This document shows, in pieces, positions 43,226 through 53,009 of a stretch of DNA of 64,000 bases. Within the stretch, counting starts at the first letter, position 1, and the number at the start of each line of letters is the position of its first letter. The notes under the pieces were generated by a model, which had not been told where the DNA came from, did not search any database, and was given only the letters and a program-made list of their open reading frames with translations. The stretch lies in assembly GCA_963728565.1 (NCBI GenBank), contig CAVSLC010000011.1, forward strand, positions 96,001 through 160,000. The letters are read 5' to 3'. The position numbers and the translations under genes are program-made. This DNA comes from an uncultured delta proteobacterium (GTDB lineage Bacteria; Desulfobacterota; Binatia; UBA9968).

Positions 43226-43830
43226 ATGATGAAGCGGAAAGCTGATTCAAACGGAGATGAATGTCTGAAAGCGCAACTATGCGCTGCAATACTCGAACAA
43301 AGGGATACGGATGAGTTTTGAATGGAAGGGTGAAAGGAGATCTGAAAGTTAGGACGAAGGAATTTGCGCTGGCAGTTGTTCGGCTATATTCGACCTTGCC
43401 AAAAAGACGGGAATCTCAGGAATTGGTGATCAGGTGTTAAGATCAGGAACCTCCGTAGGCGCGCACTTCCGAGAACCACAACGGCGAAGTCAAAACCAGA
43501 TTTCATAAGCAAAATCGAAGGCGGTATGCAGGAGCTGGAAGAGACAGCCTACTGGCTTGAACTTCTTGAGGAAACCGGCTTTGCGACTACAGACACTTTG
43601 GAACCTGAAAACTGAAGCTGACGAATTGATGGCGATCTTTGTTACGATCGCTAGAAAAACAAAAGCGCAATTAGAAAAATAGTTCGTTCGATCGGTTCAT
43701 ATGTGTTAGTTTGCAGTGATTGTCCCTTCTCTATGGTTTCAATGTTCGTCCTTAAGTCCGCTTTGATAATTCATTTTTCCCTCGGCAATCAGCCGGCTTT
43801 TATTTCCGCTTTCCGCTTTCATAATTCATC
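43221..43830. mobile_element. inverted-repeat-bounded cassette carrying a four-helix-bundle gene
   Basis: GATGAATGATGAAGCGGAAAGC (43221-43242) versus reverse complement of 43808-43830, GATGAATTATGAAAGCGGAAAGC. Confidence 0.6.
43330..43682 (+). pseudogene. four-helix-bundle protein (23S rRNA IVS / Avd-like family), about 3 frameshifts
   Basis: DLKVRTKEFALAVVRLY..QVLRSGTSVGAHFRE..SKPDFISKIEG..ELEETAYWLELL..EADELMAIFVTI pieced across frames. Confidence 0.8.
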
Positions 43831-43838
43831 TTTCTCCC

Positions 43839-44906
43839 ATGTCTGAAGAGTTCGTCACGACTCAGGAAATCATCACCCAGGCGAGACGCAATCTAAGCCA
43901 GCATGTCTGGCATTACTTGACTGGCGGCGCCGAGTCGGAGACGACCATGTGCCGGAACCGCCTCGCGCTAGATAGTCTCGCATTGCGCCCGCGCGCGCTC
44001 GTCGAAGTGTCGAAGATCGATCCGTCGACAATGTTTCTCGGCACCAGGCTCAGAATTCCAGTCATGCTGGCGCCGATCGGTTCGCTGCAGATTATGACGC
44101 CTGAAGGCGCCGTGGCTGTCGCCAAAGCCGCGCACGAGTTCGGCACGCTTAACTTCGTCAGCTCGGTTACCCAGCCGAACTTCGAGGAGACCGCCGCGGC
44201 GACGCCGCACCCGAAAATTTTCCAGCTTTACGTCCAAGGCGATATGAGATGGGTGGAGACTCTTCTGGCCCGGGTCAAGACTGCGGGTTATCAGGCTCTC
44301 TGTTTGACTGTCGATACCGCATACTACGGCAGGCGCGAGCGCCAGATGATGGATCGCTGGCTGCCGCCGAGTCGGCGCTTATCGGGTTACCAGCACCGCT
44401 CGGCGATCACTTGGGAGACAGTGGTCGCGATCAAAAAGTTCGCCGGTCTGCCATTTATTCTCAAGGGAGTTGCGACCGCCGAAGACGCGGCATTGGCTGT
44501 CGAACATGGCGTCAGCGCAATCTATGTATCCAATCACGGCGGACGCCAACTCGATCACAACCGGGGAACGCTCGAGATGCTGCCGGAAATCGTCGAAGCC
44601 GTGGCCGGCAGAGCCGCGGTGGTTTTGGACGGCGGCATCGTGCGCGGCAGCGATGTGTTGAAAGCGCTCGCTCTTGGCGCGCAGGCTGTGGCCATCGGCA
44701 AGCTTCAGGGCTGGGGCCTCGGAGCGGGGGGACGGCAAGGCTTGGTGCGGGTATTGGAAATTCTCGAAAGCGAGATCATCACCTCGATGGCGCTTCTCGG
44801 CGTAACCCGCATCGATCAGCTAAAGCCCGAGTATTTATGTAAATCTCAGCCCATCGCGCTGAGCCACGAGATGAGCGCGTTTGCGCACATGCCGAGATTA
44901 TTTTAA
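43839..44906 (+). CDS. FMN-dependent alpha-hydroxy acid oxidase/dehydrogenase
   Basis: LTVD, ILKGV, VSNHGGRQLDH, LDGGIVRGSDVLKALALGA. Confidence 0.92.
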   Translation: MSEEFVTTQEIITQARRNLSQHVWHYLTGGAESETTMCRNRLALDSLALRPRALVEVSKIDPSTMFLGTRLRIPVMLAPIGSLQIMTPEGAVAVAKAAHEFGTLNFVSSVTQPNFEETAAATPHPKIFQLYVQGDMRWVETLLARVKTAGYQALCLTVDTAYYGRRERQMMDRWLPPSRRLSGYQHRSAITWETVVAIKKFAGLPFILKGVATAEDAALAVEHGVSAIYVSNHGGRQLDHNRGTLEMLPEIVEAVAGRAAVVLDGGIVRGSDVLKALALGAQAVAIGKLQGWGLGAGGRQGLVRVLEILESEIITSMALLGVTRIDQLKPEYLCKSQPIALSHEMSAFAHMPRLF

Positions 44907-45000
44907 TCGCCGCTATTGCGGCATGGTGCGCCGCGGGATTGGGAATTTTAAAATGCGCTGCGCTCGTTAGTGGCTTAATTCCGCAGTAGAAGGGATGATC

Positions 45001-46024
45001 ATGAGAAGAATAGTTCTTTGTTTTGACGGCACCTGGAACAAACCGGCCGATGAGAACTTGGCTGCCGACGAGCAGGTCGAAACCAACGTGTGCCGTTTTT
45101 ACAAGTCTGTCAACGGACGCCGGCGCAGACGGGGCGCAGCAGCTCAAATGGTACGATGAGGGCGTCGGCACAAAATGGTACGATCGGTTTATCGGCGGCG
45201 GGCTTGGAGTCGGACTCGAGAAGAATATTCTCGATGGCTACAAATTTCTCGCCCAAAAATATCGTGAAGGCGATGAAGTTTACGTGCTTGGTTTCAGCCG
45301 CGGCGCTTATACCGCGAGAAGTCTCGTTGGGATGATTCGAAACTGCGGCTTGGTGAAGAACAAGCAGTTGCCTTTACGAATCGCCATGGCGTATGGCATT
45401 TACCGCACCCGAGACGATGGCCCAGATTCGCCCACAGCAGTGCAATTCAAAGACCGGTTCTCGCGCGAAATTAAGATAAAGTTTCTGGGAGTTTGGGATA
45501 CTGTGGGGGCGCTCGGCATCCCATTGGATTTGTTGAAGCGCTGGAATATGCATTTTTATGAGTTTCACGATACCCGACTCAGCACGATCGTTGAAAACGC
45601 CTATCACGCCATCGCCGTCGACGAGCACCGAGTCGATTACGATGCCTGCCTGTGGAATCCCGAAGTAAAGCCGGAGCAGGCTTTGCAACAACGATGGTTT
45701 CTTGGCGCGCACTGCGACGTCGGCGGCGGCTACAAAGATCGCCGTTTGTCCGACCTCGCGCTGCGCTGGATGCAAGACAACGCCGCCGCCGCGGGGCTGG
45801 TACTTGACTCGGTCAATATCGGGGCAGATAACTACCGCGGCGCCTTTACCGATTCTTACGGGGAATTCCTCGGTGGCGTGTACGCCAAGAAAAACCCGCG
45901 TCACTATCGCGTCATTGGCGCAAGTCGATTCGGCAATGAAAGTGTGGATGAATCGGTGGGCAGGCGGCGCAAAGAAGATCGCGATTATGAGCCGCAGAAT
46001 GACGGGCTACCGCCGCTGACGTGA
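45001..46024 (+). CDS. DUF2235 (Tle1-like alpha/beta hydrolase) protein, apparent 1-bp frameshift near 45113
   Basis: MRRIVLCFDGTWN..TNV in one frame; YDEGVGT, GFSRGAYTAR, GVWDTVG, AVDEHR, WFLGAHCDVGGG in the next. Confidence 0.85.
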
Positions 46025-46051
46025 GATTATTGGAGCCGGGCAGGAGGCCGA

Positions 46052-46471
46052 ATGAGAATTTACAACACCGAACTATTTTATCCGATGCTGCTGATGTTTC
46101 TGTGGACGGTTGTGGTGATGTTGCGAAATCTGCAAGTCAGAGTCGTAGCCGTCAAGCGAGGAGAACTCACGAACAAATATTTCGAACTTTTTAGAGGAGC
46201 CGAGCCACCCGAAACCGTTCAAAAAACCGGCAATCATTTCCGCAACCTGACGGAGCTGCCGCCGCTCTTCTATATCATCTGTCTTGCCATCATGTTCATG
46301 GGCCGCACCGATGTAAATTTCATTGTGCTCGCCTGGAGCTATGTCGCGTTGCGGGTTGGGCACAGTCTGATCCACCTGACGGTCAACAGGGTGCCGCCGC
46401 GCTTTTTTCTCTTTGCCGCGAGTAATATCGTGCTGCTGATCATGTGGGTGCGGTTGGCAGTGGTGCTGTGA
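46052..46471 (+). CDS. MAPEG family membrane protein
   Basis: NHFRNLTELPPLFY, LAWSYVALRVGHSLIH. Confidence 0.85.
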   Translation: MRIYNTELFYPMLLMFLWTVVVMLRNLQVRVVAVKRGELTNKYFELFRGAEPPETVQKTGNHFRNLTELPPLFYIICLAIMFMGRTDVNFIVLAWSYVALRVGHSLIHLTVNRVPPRFFLFAASNIVLLIMWVRLAVVL

Positions 46472-46562
46472 GCACGGGTCCGAGGCCGGCTTTCCTCTAC
46501 ACATCTCAAGAGTTCATGGAAAAGCTGCATCTGGGATCTCCAAAAAAGAAGGGGAGGAATTC

Positions 46563-48485
46563 ATGGGCCTTTGGCAAGTAGCTCCGTATGGCTCGTGGAA
46601 GTCGCCGATTGCCGCGGACCTTGTCGCTCGCGGTGAGGTTGGGCTCGAGCAGGCAAAGATCGATGGTGATGATGTGTACTGGATCGAACGACGGCCTCAG
46701 GAAGGCGGGAGAAAGGTCGTTGTGCATTATTCACCCGACGGCACAGTCACCGATGTGACGCCTTTGCCATTCAACGCTCGGACGCGGGTGCACGAATATG
46801 GCGGCGGAGACTTCGCGGTTTTAGCCGGAACGGTTGTGTTCGCGAATTTTGCCGATCAGCGGCTCTATCTGCAACGTGCCGGGAGCGGGCCCAACTCTCT
46901 GACGCCGGCGGGAGAGCTGCGTTATGCAGATGGTGTGATTCACCCGAATGGAAATCGGTTGTTTTGCGTGCGCGAGGACCATAGCGTCCCTGGCCAGACG
47001 GTTAATACCTTGGTGAGCGTCGAGCTCGATCACGAAAACTCGGGAAGAGTTTTGGTTTCTGGAAATGACTTTTACTCTTCGCCACGGTTGAGCCCGGACG
47101 GTTCGAGACTCGCTTGGCTGACGTGGAATCATCCCGCCATGCCGTGGGACGGTACTGAACTTTGGGTCGGGGAGTTGAGCCCCGACGGTTCGGTGAATCA
47201 GGCAAGACGAGTTGCAGGCGGGCCGGCGGAATCCATTTTTCAGCCGGAGTGGTCGCCGGGAGGGACGCTTTACTTTACTTCTGATCGCACCGGCTGGTGG
47301 AATCTATGTCGCTGGGAAGACCGAGTAGAAGCAGTGTGCCCGATGGAAGCGGAGTTTGGTCAGCCGCAGTGGGTATTCGGCGGTTCGCTGTACGCCTTCT
47401 CCGAATCAAAAATTATCTGCAGCTATTCAAAATCCGGCTGCTCGTACTTAGCCGAGATCGATACCACGACGGGCGCCCTGGCGTCATTGGAAGTACCGTA
47501 TTCGGCAATTTCGCGGGTTCAAGCAGCGGCTGGTCGAGCCGTGTTGATCGCCGCATCTGCGACTGAGCCAACCTGTGTTGTCGAGGTGAACCTAGCTACG
47601 CGCGCTCTCAAAGTACTGCGCCGCTCCCGAGAGGCCGAGCTAGAGCCCGAATACTTCTCCACGCCGCGGCCCCTGGAGTTTCCGACCGAGAACGGCGAGA
47701 CGGCCCACGCAATTTTCTATCCGCCGCAGAATCGCGACTACGTGGGCGGTGAAAATGAAAAGCCGCCGCTGCTGGTGATGAGTCATGGCGGACCAACCTC
47801 GGCCGCCTCGACGTCGCTGCAATACTCAGTTCAATATTGGACCAGTCGAGGGCTTGCTGTGCTCGACGTCAATTACCGAGGCAGCTCGGGCTATGGGCGC
47901 GCCTATCGAGAACTGCTGAAAGGCGGGTGGGGAATCGTCGATGTCGATGACTGCGTCAACGGCGCTCGATATTTAGCAGAAACCGGCCAGGTCGATGGCA
48001 ACCGGCTGGCGATCAGAGGGGGCAGCGCCGGAGGCTACACGACGCTATGCGCTCTGACTTTTCGCGACACGTTCAAAGCCGGGGCCAGCCACTATGGCAT
48101 AAGCGATTTGGAGGCGCTGGCCAAGGACACGCACAAATTCGAATCGCGCTATCTTGACGGGCTCATCGGTCCCTATCCAGAGCGGCGTGATCTCTACATC
48201 GAACGATCGCCGATTTATTTCACCGAGCGTCTGGCTTGTCCGATGATTCTGTTGCAGGGCTTGGAAGATAAGATTGTGCCGCCGAATCAAGCGGAGATGA
48301 TGGTCGAGGCAGTGCGTGCCAAGGGACTACCGGTGGCGTATCTTCTATTCGACGGCGAGCAGCACGGGTTTCGCAAGGCGGAGAATATCAAGCGAGTCCT
48401 GGAGGCCGAACTCTACTTCTATTCGAGAGTATTCGGGTTCGGTTTGGCCGATGCCGTCGAGCCGGTACAAATCGATAACCTTTGA
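46563..48485 (+). CDS. S9 family peptidase
   Basis: APYGSWKSPI, HGGPT, GGSAGG, QGLEDKIV, GEQHGFR. Confidence 0.93.
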   Translation: MGLWQVAPYGSWKSPIAADLVARGEVGLEQAKIDGDDVYWIERRPQEGGRKVVVHYSPDGTVTDVTPLPFNARTRVHEYGGGDFAVLAGTVVFANFADQRLYLQRAGSGPNSLTPAGELRYADGVIHPNGNRLFCVREDHSVPGQTVNTLVSVELDHENSGRVLVSGNDFYSSPRLSPDGSRLAWLTWNHPAMPWDGTELWVGELSPDGSVNQARRVAGGPAESIFQPEWSPGGTLYFTSDRTGWWNLCRWEDRVEAVCPMEAEFGQPQWVFGGSLYAFSESKIICSYSKSGCSYLAEIDTTTGALASLEVPYSAISRVQAAAGRAVLIAASATEPTCVVEVNLATRALKVLRRSREAELEPEYFSTPRPLEFPTENGETAHAIFYPPQNRDYVGGENEKPPLLVMSHGGPTSAASTSLQYSVQYWTSRGLAVLDVNYRGSSGYGRAYRELLKGGWGIVDVDDCVNGARYLAETGQVDGNRLAIRGGSAGGYTTLCALTFRDTFKAGASHYGISDLEALAKDTHKFESRYLDGLIGPYPERRDLYIERSPIYFTERLACPMILLQGLEDKIVPPNQAEMMVEAVRAKGLPVAYLLFDGEQHGFRKAENIKRVLEAELYFYSRVFGFGLADAVEPVQIDNL

Positions 48486-48594
48486 TTCTGGATTGGCTTT
48501 ATTGCCTGGTGCGCGGCCCGCGCGGCCAGCCCGGTAGGTCCCCGTTGTTACGTTCTTCAGAGCACCGGTTCACGAAGGCCGCAAGGAGCTTCGA

Positions 48595-49290
48595 ATGATG
48601 CAAGCGGAAACCAGGACGATACTTGAGCATTTACTTGTGGCTCTCGCAGCAGGCGCACTGATCGGCCTCGAGCGGAGCTACCACGGCCGCCCGGCGGGTT
48701 TCCGGACCCACACTTTGGTCTGCATCGCCTCCAGCACTTTGATGTTGGTGACGATGTACCCCGGACGATGGTTTCCTGATCCTGTATCGGGCAGCGTTAG
48801 TGTAGATCCGACACGCATGGCGCAAGGCATCATGACCGGCATTGGCTTTCTCGGCGCCGGGGTAATTTTCAAAGAGGGGTTGACCGTACGCGGCCTGACG
48901 ACCGCGGCTTCAATCTGGATCACCGCAGCAATCGGCATTCTCGCCGGCATTGGCTTCTACTTTCCTGTCATCGTCACCACTGTGCTAACGTTGGGCACTC
49001 TTTCCGTATTCAGATGGATCGAAGCCAAGATGCCCGTCCAGTTCTACGCTCGCTTAGAAGTGAAACTCCCTCGCGATGCGGTGGACTCTGAAGAAGAACT
49101 GCAGCGCTTGATCGGCGAGCACGGCTTTACGATTGCCAATATGAACTATCATCATGATAAAAACATGGGATTCTCCGAGTACGGCATGGTGATTCGAACC
49201 GACAATCCTGCCAATGTGCAGCGCCTGGTGAATACGCTGCATAACATGGTCACGGTTCAGGAGTTCAAAATGTCCCCGATGGGCGACTGA
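48595..49290 (+). CDS. MgtC/SapB family protein
   Basis: IGLER..AGFRTH, GIGFLGAGVI, GLTTAASIW. Confidence 0.92.
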   Translation: MMQAETRTILEHLLVALAAGALIGLERSYHGRPAGFRTHTLVCIASSTLMLVTMYPGRWFPDPVSGSVSVDPTRMAQGIMTGIGFLGAGVIFKEGLTVRGLTTAASIWITAAIGILAGIGFYFPVIVTTVLTLGTLSVFRWIEAKMPVQFYARLEVKLPRDAVDSEEELQRLIGEHGFTIANMNYHHDKNMGFSEYGMVIRTDNPANVQRLVNTLHNMVTVQEFKMSPMGD

Positions 49291-49746
49291 TCGGGGCTCC
49301 TTATTTCGGCATCTCGGCTCTCGATCGTTGCTTCAAAAAGAGGGCATTATGCGAAAAGTTTTTAGTCCCGGTGCCGGGCGGCTTTTTCTATCGAGCCGTC
49401 GTCCACGAGCCGATAACACGTCGCATTGTTCGCTTAGGTGTTCGCCACTTGCGGGCTACGCGCCGTTTCCGGGCGAAGCAGAAAGACAGGCTAAAGGTGA
49501 AAGAGCGGGAGCGGAGCCACCGTAGGTATGCAGCAAAAGAGGGACGGAAATCGGGTGCAAAGACGAGGATCGAGAGAAGGCCACGGACAAGATACCAACC
49601 TAATTCCGACGGTGATTCTCTACCGCTGGTGTCTTCTGCATTGCGAAGAATCGCTCAAATATGCGTCATAAGCAGTCAGAATTCCGCCAGAGAAAGTGTT
49701 CAATACTATACAGACAACACATCTGCAATTACGGTAATAGTCGAAA

Positions 49747-49983
49747 ATGCAGCACCACTATAAAGATCATACTGTTCTGATCAGCACCTGGGCTAGACTT
49801 GAGCCTTACGGGTACACGCCAGAGTATCGCGTCAGTACGAAGGCTCGCATGGTCCAAACCCTCAAGCTAAACCAAGTATTTGCTACCAGGGAAGAAGCTG
49901 AAGGGTGTGGCTTGCAGGCGGCGAAGACATGGATTGACCACAAGATTCTGCTAGGATTTATGTCACGTACGTCTGTCGCATAA
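49747..49983 (+). CDS. small hypothetical protein
   Basis: 78 aa ORF with plausible composition (FATREEAE..AAKTWID); stop codon lies inside the dif-like site. Confidence 0.5.
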   Translation: MQHHYKDHTVLISTWARLEPYGYTPEYRVSTKARMVQTLKLNQVFATREEAEGCGLQAAKTWIDHKILLGFMSRTSVA

Positions 49984-50000
49984 TGCAGGTCATGCGATGT
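49973..50000. repeat. dif-like 11-6-11 site, copy 1
   Basis: CTGTCGCATAA TGCAGG TCATGCGATGT. Confidence 0.55.
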
Positions 50001-50309
50001 GGGCGAGATCACTATTGAGGTTTAAACGGTATCAGGAAGACAAACCAGCGAAATGGCTACCGTCGCCGTTACCTTTCCTTTTTACAGTTGCTCCGACCAC
50101 CTCTCTGCCCTGCTTCCTTTGACTTTCGAGAATGAAGTCAAGCGAATTTTTACAGTTGGCTTCCTGACCATAAGCATTCAAAGGTTCGATTTCAATTTTC
50201 TTATCGTTGATGTAGTGCTGTTGCCACAGAACCCACGCGCAGAGAGAAAACCAGTGAAAAGTGTTTTCATGAGACCTCCCTGGTGTTTCGTCTTGCATAT
50301 AATGCGCCT

Positions 50310-50708
50310 TTAATCGACGCGCCTTCGCTTGGTGGTTTTCTTCCTTTTCTCCTGAGCTGCGGCGTTTATATCAGCGATCTCTCGGCGAAGTTTCTCAAGC
50401 TCTGGTTGCTTCTTCTCCAACTCAATACTCGCGTGGGTACTCTTTATCGGTTCTTTGCGCCACATAACAACCGTCGTGACTATGAATCCGATGAGCGTTG
50501 TAAAAGAAATTACAAAGAAGCCAAGTGCCAGCACCATCTCGGCCTTAAGAGGCGAGTACATCCTATTATCATCAGGCAGAGGATAACCACTCGGAGCATC
50601 CGGCATCAGCGCAACAGCTAATAGAATCGCGGAGACTAAAAATGATCCGACAAACCCCCATCCGAACCAATGGCGGTATGTCTTGATTCGTTCCACAGAC
50701 AAGGTCAT
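50310..50708 (-). CDS. two-TM membrane protein with coiled-coil/basic tail
   Basis: two hydrophobic helices then ELEKKQPELEKLRREI. Confidence 0.6.
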   Translation of the reverse strand: MTLSVERIKTYRHWFGWGFVGSFLVSAILLAVALMPDAPSGYPLPDDNRMYSPLKAEMVLALGFFVISFTTLIGFIVTTVVMWRKEPIKSTHASIELEKKQPELEKLRREIADINAAAQEKRKKTTKRRRVD

Positions 50709-50725
50709 TTCACTGCCCTCGGTTA

Positions 50726-50753
50726 AGGTCGCATAATGCAGGTTGTGCGACTC
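50726..50753. repeat. dif-like 11-6-11 site, copy 2
   Basis: AGGTCGCATAA TGCAGG TTGTGCGACTC; 16 bp identical to copy 1. Confidence 0.6.
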
Positions 50754-50760
50754 GCCCGGC

Positions 50761-51555
50761 CTACCCGCGCGGCTTTTTCTTTAATAGTTGGTCAAAGTCC
50801 TTTATATCTATCGCCTCCCTTCCGAAGGCCGTCGCAAACGCTGATTTTTGAGAAACTAGGTAGTTGAATAGTTCTCGGTCACAAAAAATGGTAGCGGCAA
50901 GAATAAAAGTAGTAATGCCCCGGTCGAAGTAGTACCAGATTTGTTTTTCATGAGGCTGCATTTGGTCGGTTCCGAGCATACTATAGACATAGAAGCGGGG
51001 CGGATTGCCGCCATACATCTCCATAATCTGCGGTGAAGCACAGTGTACATACCCCGAGAAAGCCTTGGTAAGCGTCCTAGCAACTTCCTTGCTGTCGCTT
51101 GGATTACCGACTGCCAGTTTAATCTGAGCGATATAAGCTTGAATTCTTTGCCGTGGTACCATTAGTCGCTTTTGAATTGAGTTGAAGGGGCTCTCGGGAT
51201 CATCGAATTCTTCTTCGTAAAATGATTCGAGAAACAACTTATGCCACTTACTTTCCAAGTCACCATGCAAGATTCCATAGAATAAGAACAGCACGTCCTC
51301 TGCAAGCTCGTCCAGAATACGTTCAATGGCACCATGTTCCTGAAGTAGTCCATTTCTTAAAAGCAGAAGGGCGGCACGCAGCCCTGTAATAATCCGGGCA
51401 AGTTTTTGAACTATAGCTTGTTGAGCTGTTCGCTCCACATAGCGAAAGACGAAACTGCCGGCAAAGGGTACTTTCTGGGGTGGCGGCACTTTACTCGCCA
51501 CCTTCTCCAACGTAATCGCCATGTCGTGTAACAACTGTTCGTAAGCGTCGGCCAT
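50761..51555 (-). CDS. helical hypothetical protein, DUF5677/HEPN-like
   Basis: R...E helix (AIERILDE) and SGYVH motif; lower GC than surroundings. Confidence 0.55.
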   Translation of the reverse strand: MADAYEQLLHDMAITLEKVASKVPPPQKVPFAGSFVFRYVERTAQQAIVQKLARIITGLRAALLLLRNGLLQEHGAIERILDELAEDVLFLFYGILHGDLESKWHKLFLESFYEEEFDDPESPFNSIQKRLMVPRQRIQAYIAQIKLAVGNPSDSKEVARTLTKAFSGYVHCASPQIMEMYGGNPPRFYVYSMLGTDQMQPHEKQIWYYFDRGITTFILAATIFCDRELFNYLVSQKSAFATAFGREAIDIKDFDQLLKKKPRG

Positions 51556-51746
51556 ACCGGCCCGTATATCATAGCGCCTGATGCATGAGCTAGACGTTTA
51601 TCCCCACCGCCTTGCCGAACGGCTTGGTAGAATGGAGCATGAAACACGAACAGCAAGTCACCACCTTCGAACTATCGAAAGGCCTTAAAGAGCTTCCCGT
51701 TTGACTTCAGGTTGAGACAAACCGCCAGCAGAGTTAAACTTTATAC

Positions 51747-51896
51747 ATGGCCGTTTATCTCGCCAGAAATTGCCCCAAGTGCGGTAGCTACTTCGGCGTA
51801 GTGATCGCTAAGCCAAGTGATAGTGGCTACCAGCCGATTCACGGGCGCTGCGGCATCTGCGGTTACGAAATCGCCTGGGCGCTCTTCACCACGTAA
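51747..51896 (+). CDS. 49-aa zinc-ribbon microprotein
   Basis: MAVYLARNCPKCGSYFGVVIAKPSDSGYQPIHGRCGICGYEIAWALFTT; two CxxC; ends 9 bp before the ligase start. Confidence 0.6.
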   Translation: MAVYLARNCPKCGSYFGVVIAKPSDSGYQPIHGRCGICGYEIAWALFTT

Positions 51897-51905
51897 CCCG
51901 TCCAA

Positions 51906-52901
51906 ATGCCCAAAGCACAAAAGACGAAACCCGCTACAAGAGCGGCTACGGTTCAGTTTGTCGAGCCAATGTACGCTCAGCTCGTCCAGCAGCTACCCGA
52001 AAGCAAAGACTGGCTGTATGAAGTTAAGTTCGATGGCTATCGCTGCCTTGCTGGAAAAGACGGCACAGGAGTTACGCTGTGGTCTAGGCGCGGCAATGAT
52101 CTGACGGCGCAATTCCCGAATATTGCTAAAGCGTGCGAACAGCTCCCACCCCGTACACTTATCGACGGTGAACTCGTAGCCATCGACGAGAACGGGTGTA
52201 TTTCATTCAATCTGCTTCAACATCATCGCTCGCGAGCACAAGCATTGCTGTTCTATGCGTTTGATGTGCTGATTTATCGCGGGATCAACCTGCTTAACGA
52301 ACCGCTCTCCAAACGCCGCGAAGTCCTGAGCGACCTGATCAAACCGCTCATCCAAAGAGCAACCGCAATCTCGTTATCAGAGAGCATCGATGCAACTTCC
52401 GCCGAACTGATCCAAGTCGTCAAAGAGTTTGGCTTCGAGGGTGTGATCGCCAAGCGCAAAGACTCCTTATACGAATACGGCAAGCGCAGCGGCGCATGGC
52501 TGAAATACAAGGTCAACAAATCACAGGAATTCGTTATCGGTGGGTATACGCCGGGCAATCCGCTCGATGCAGTGATCGTCGGTTACTATGACGGCGATAA
52601 GTTCATCTATGCAGCTAAAGTGAGAAATGGCTTCGTCCCGCAATTGCGTCGTGATGTCTGGCAGAAGTTGAAAGGATTGGAGATCGCCACCTGTCCGTTC
52701 GCCAACCTACCTGAGAAGAAACGCACGCAGTTTTCGCTCACCCGCGAAGAAATGAAGAACTGCATCTGGCTCAAGCCGCAGTTAGTTGCGCAGGTTGAGT
52801 TCACGGAATGGACACCTGATGGTCACCTACGGCACTCGAAGTTCGTTGGATTGCGAGATGATAAAGACCCACGTTGGGTAGTGAAGGAGGAACGCGGGTA
52901 A
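51906..52901 (+). CDS. ATP-dependent DNA ligase (stand-alone LigD ligase domain)
   Basis: EVKFDGYR, IDGELV, YAFD, EGVIAKRKDSLYE.GKRS..WLKYK, QVEFTEWT..GHLRH. Confidence 0.92.
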   Translation: MPKAQKTKPATRAATVQFVEPMYAQLVQQLPESKDWLYEVKFDGYRCLAGKDGTGVTLWSRRGNDLTAQFPNIAKACEQLPPRTLIDGELVAIDENGCISFNLLQHHRSRAQALLFYAFDVLIYRGINLLNEPLSKRREVLSDLIKPLIQRATAISLSESIDATSAELIQVVKEFGFEGVIAKRKDSLYEYGKRSGAWLKYKVNKSQEFVIGGYTPGNPLDAVIVGYYDGDKFIYAAKVRNGFVPQLRRDVWQKLKGLEIATCPFANLPEKKRTQFSLTREEMKNCIWLKPQLVAQVEFTEWTPDGHLRHSKFVGLRDDKDPRWVVKEERG

Positions 52902-53009
52902 CGGAATAGAAAGACCGTGAGTGTTAGTTTTCTTTTTACGAGACACCGGTTATCGAGCCAGACTTTGATCTTGGGTCCATTTGAAGCCGTTACGGTGCTC
53001 AATCTCTTA

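Noticed and set aside
49295-49326. Possible remnant of an original DAHP synthase 3' end left of unit 1 (GCCGA..GATGCC on the minus strand)
   Set aside because: The similarity is too short to distinguish from chance.
49371-49763. 130-aa Arg-rich ORF (also 50032..50298 and 62545..62877)
   Set aside because: No RBS or recognisable motifs, low-complexity composition; the 49371 and 62545 ORFs overlap the non-coding element ends.
50288-50320. Possible extra dif-like site (GCATATAA TGCGCC TTTAATCGAC)
   Set aside because: Arms and spacer match the two clear sites poorly.
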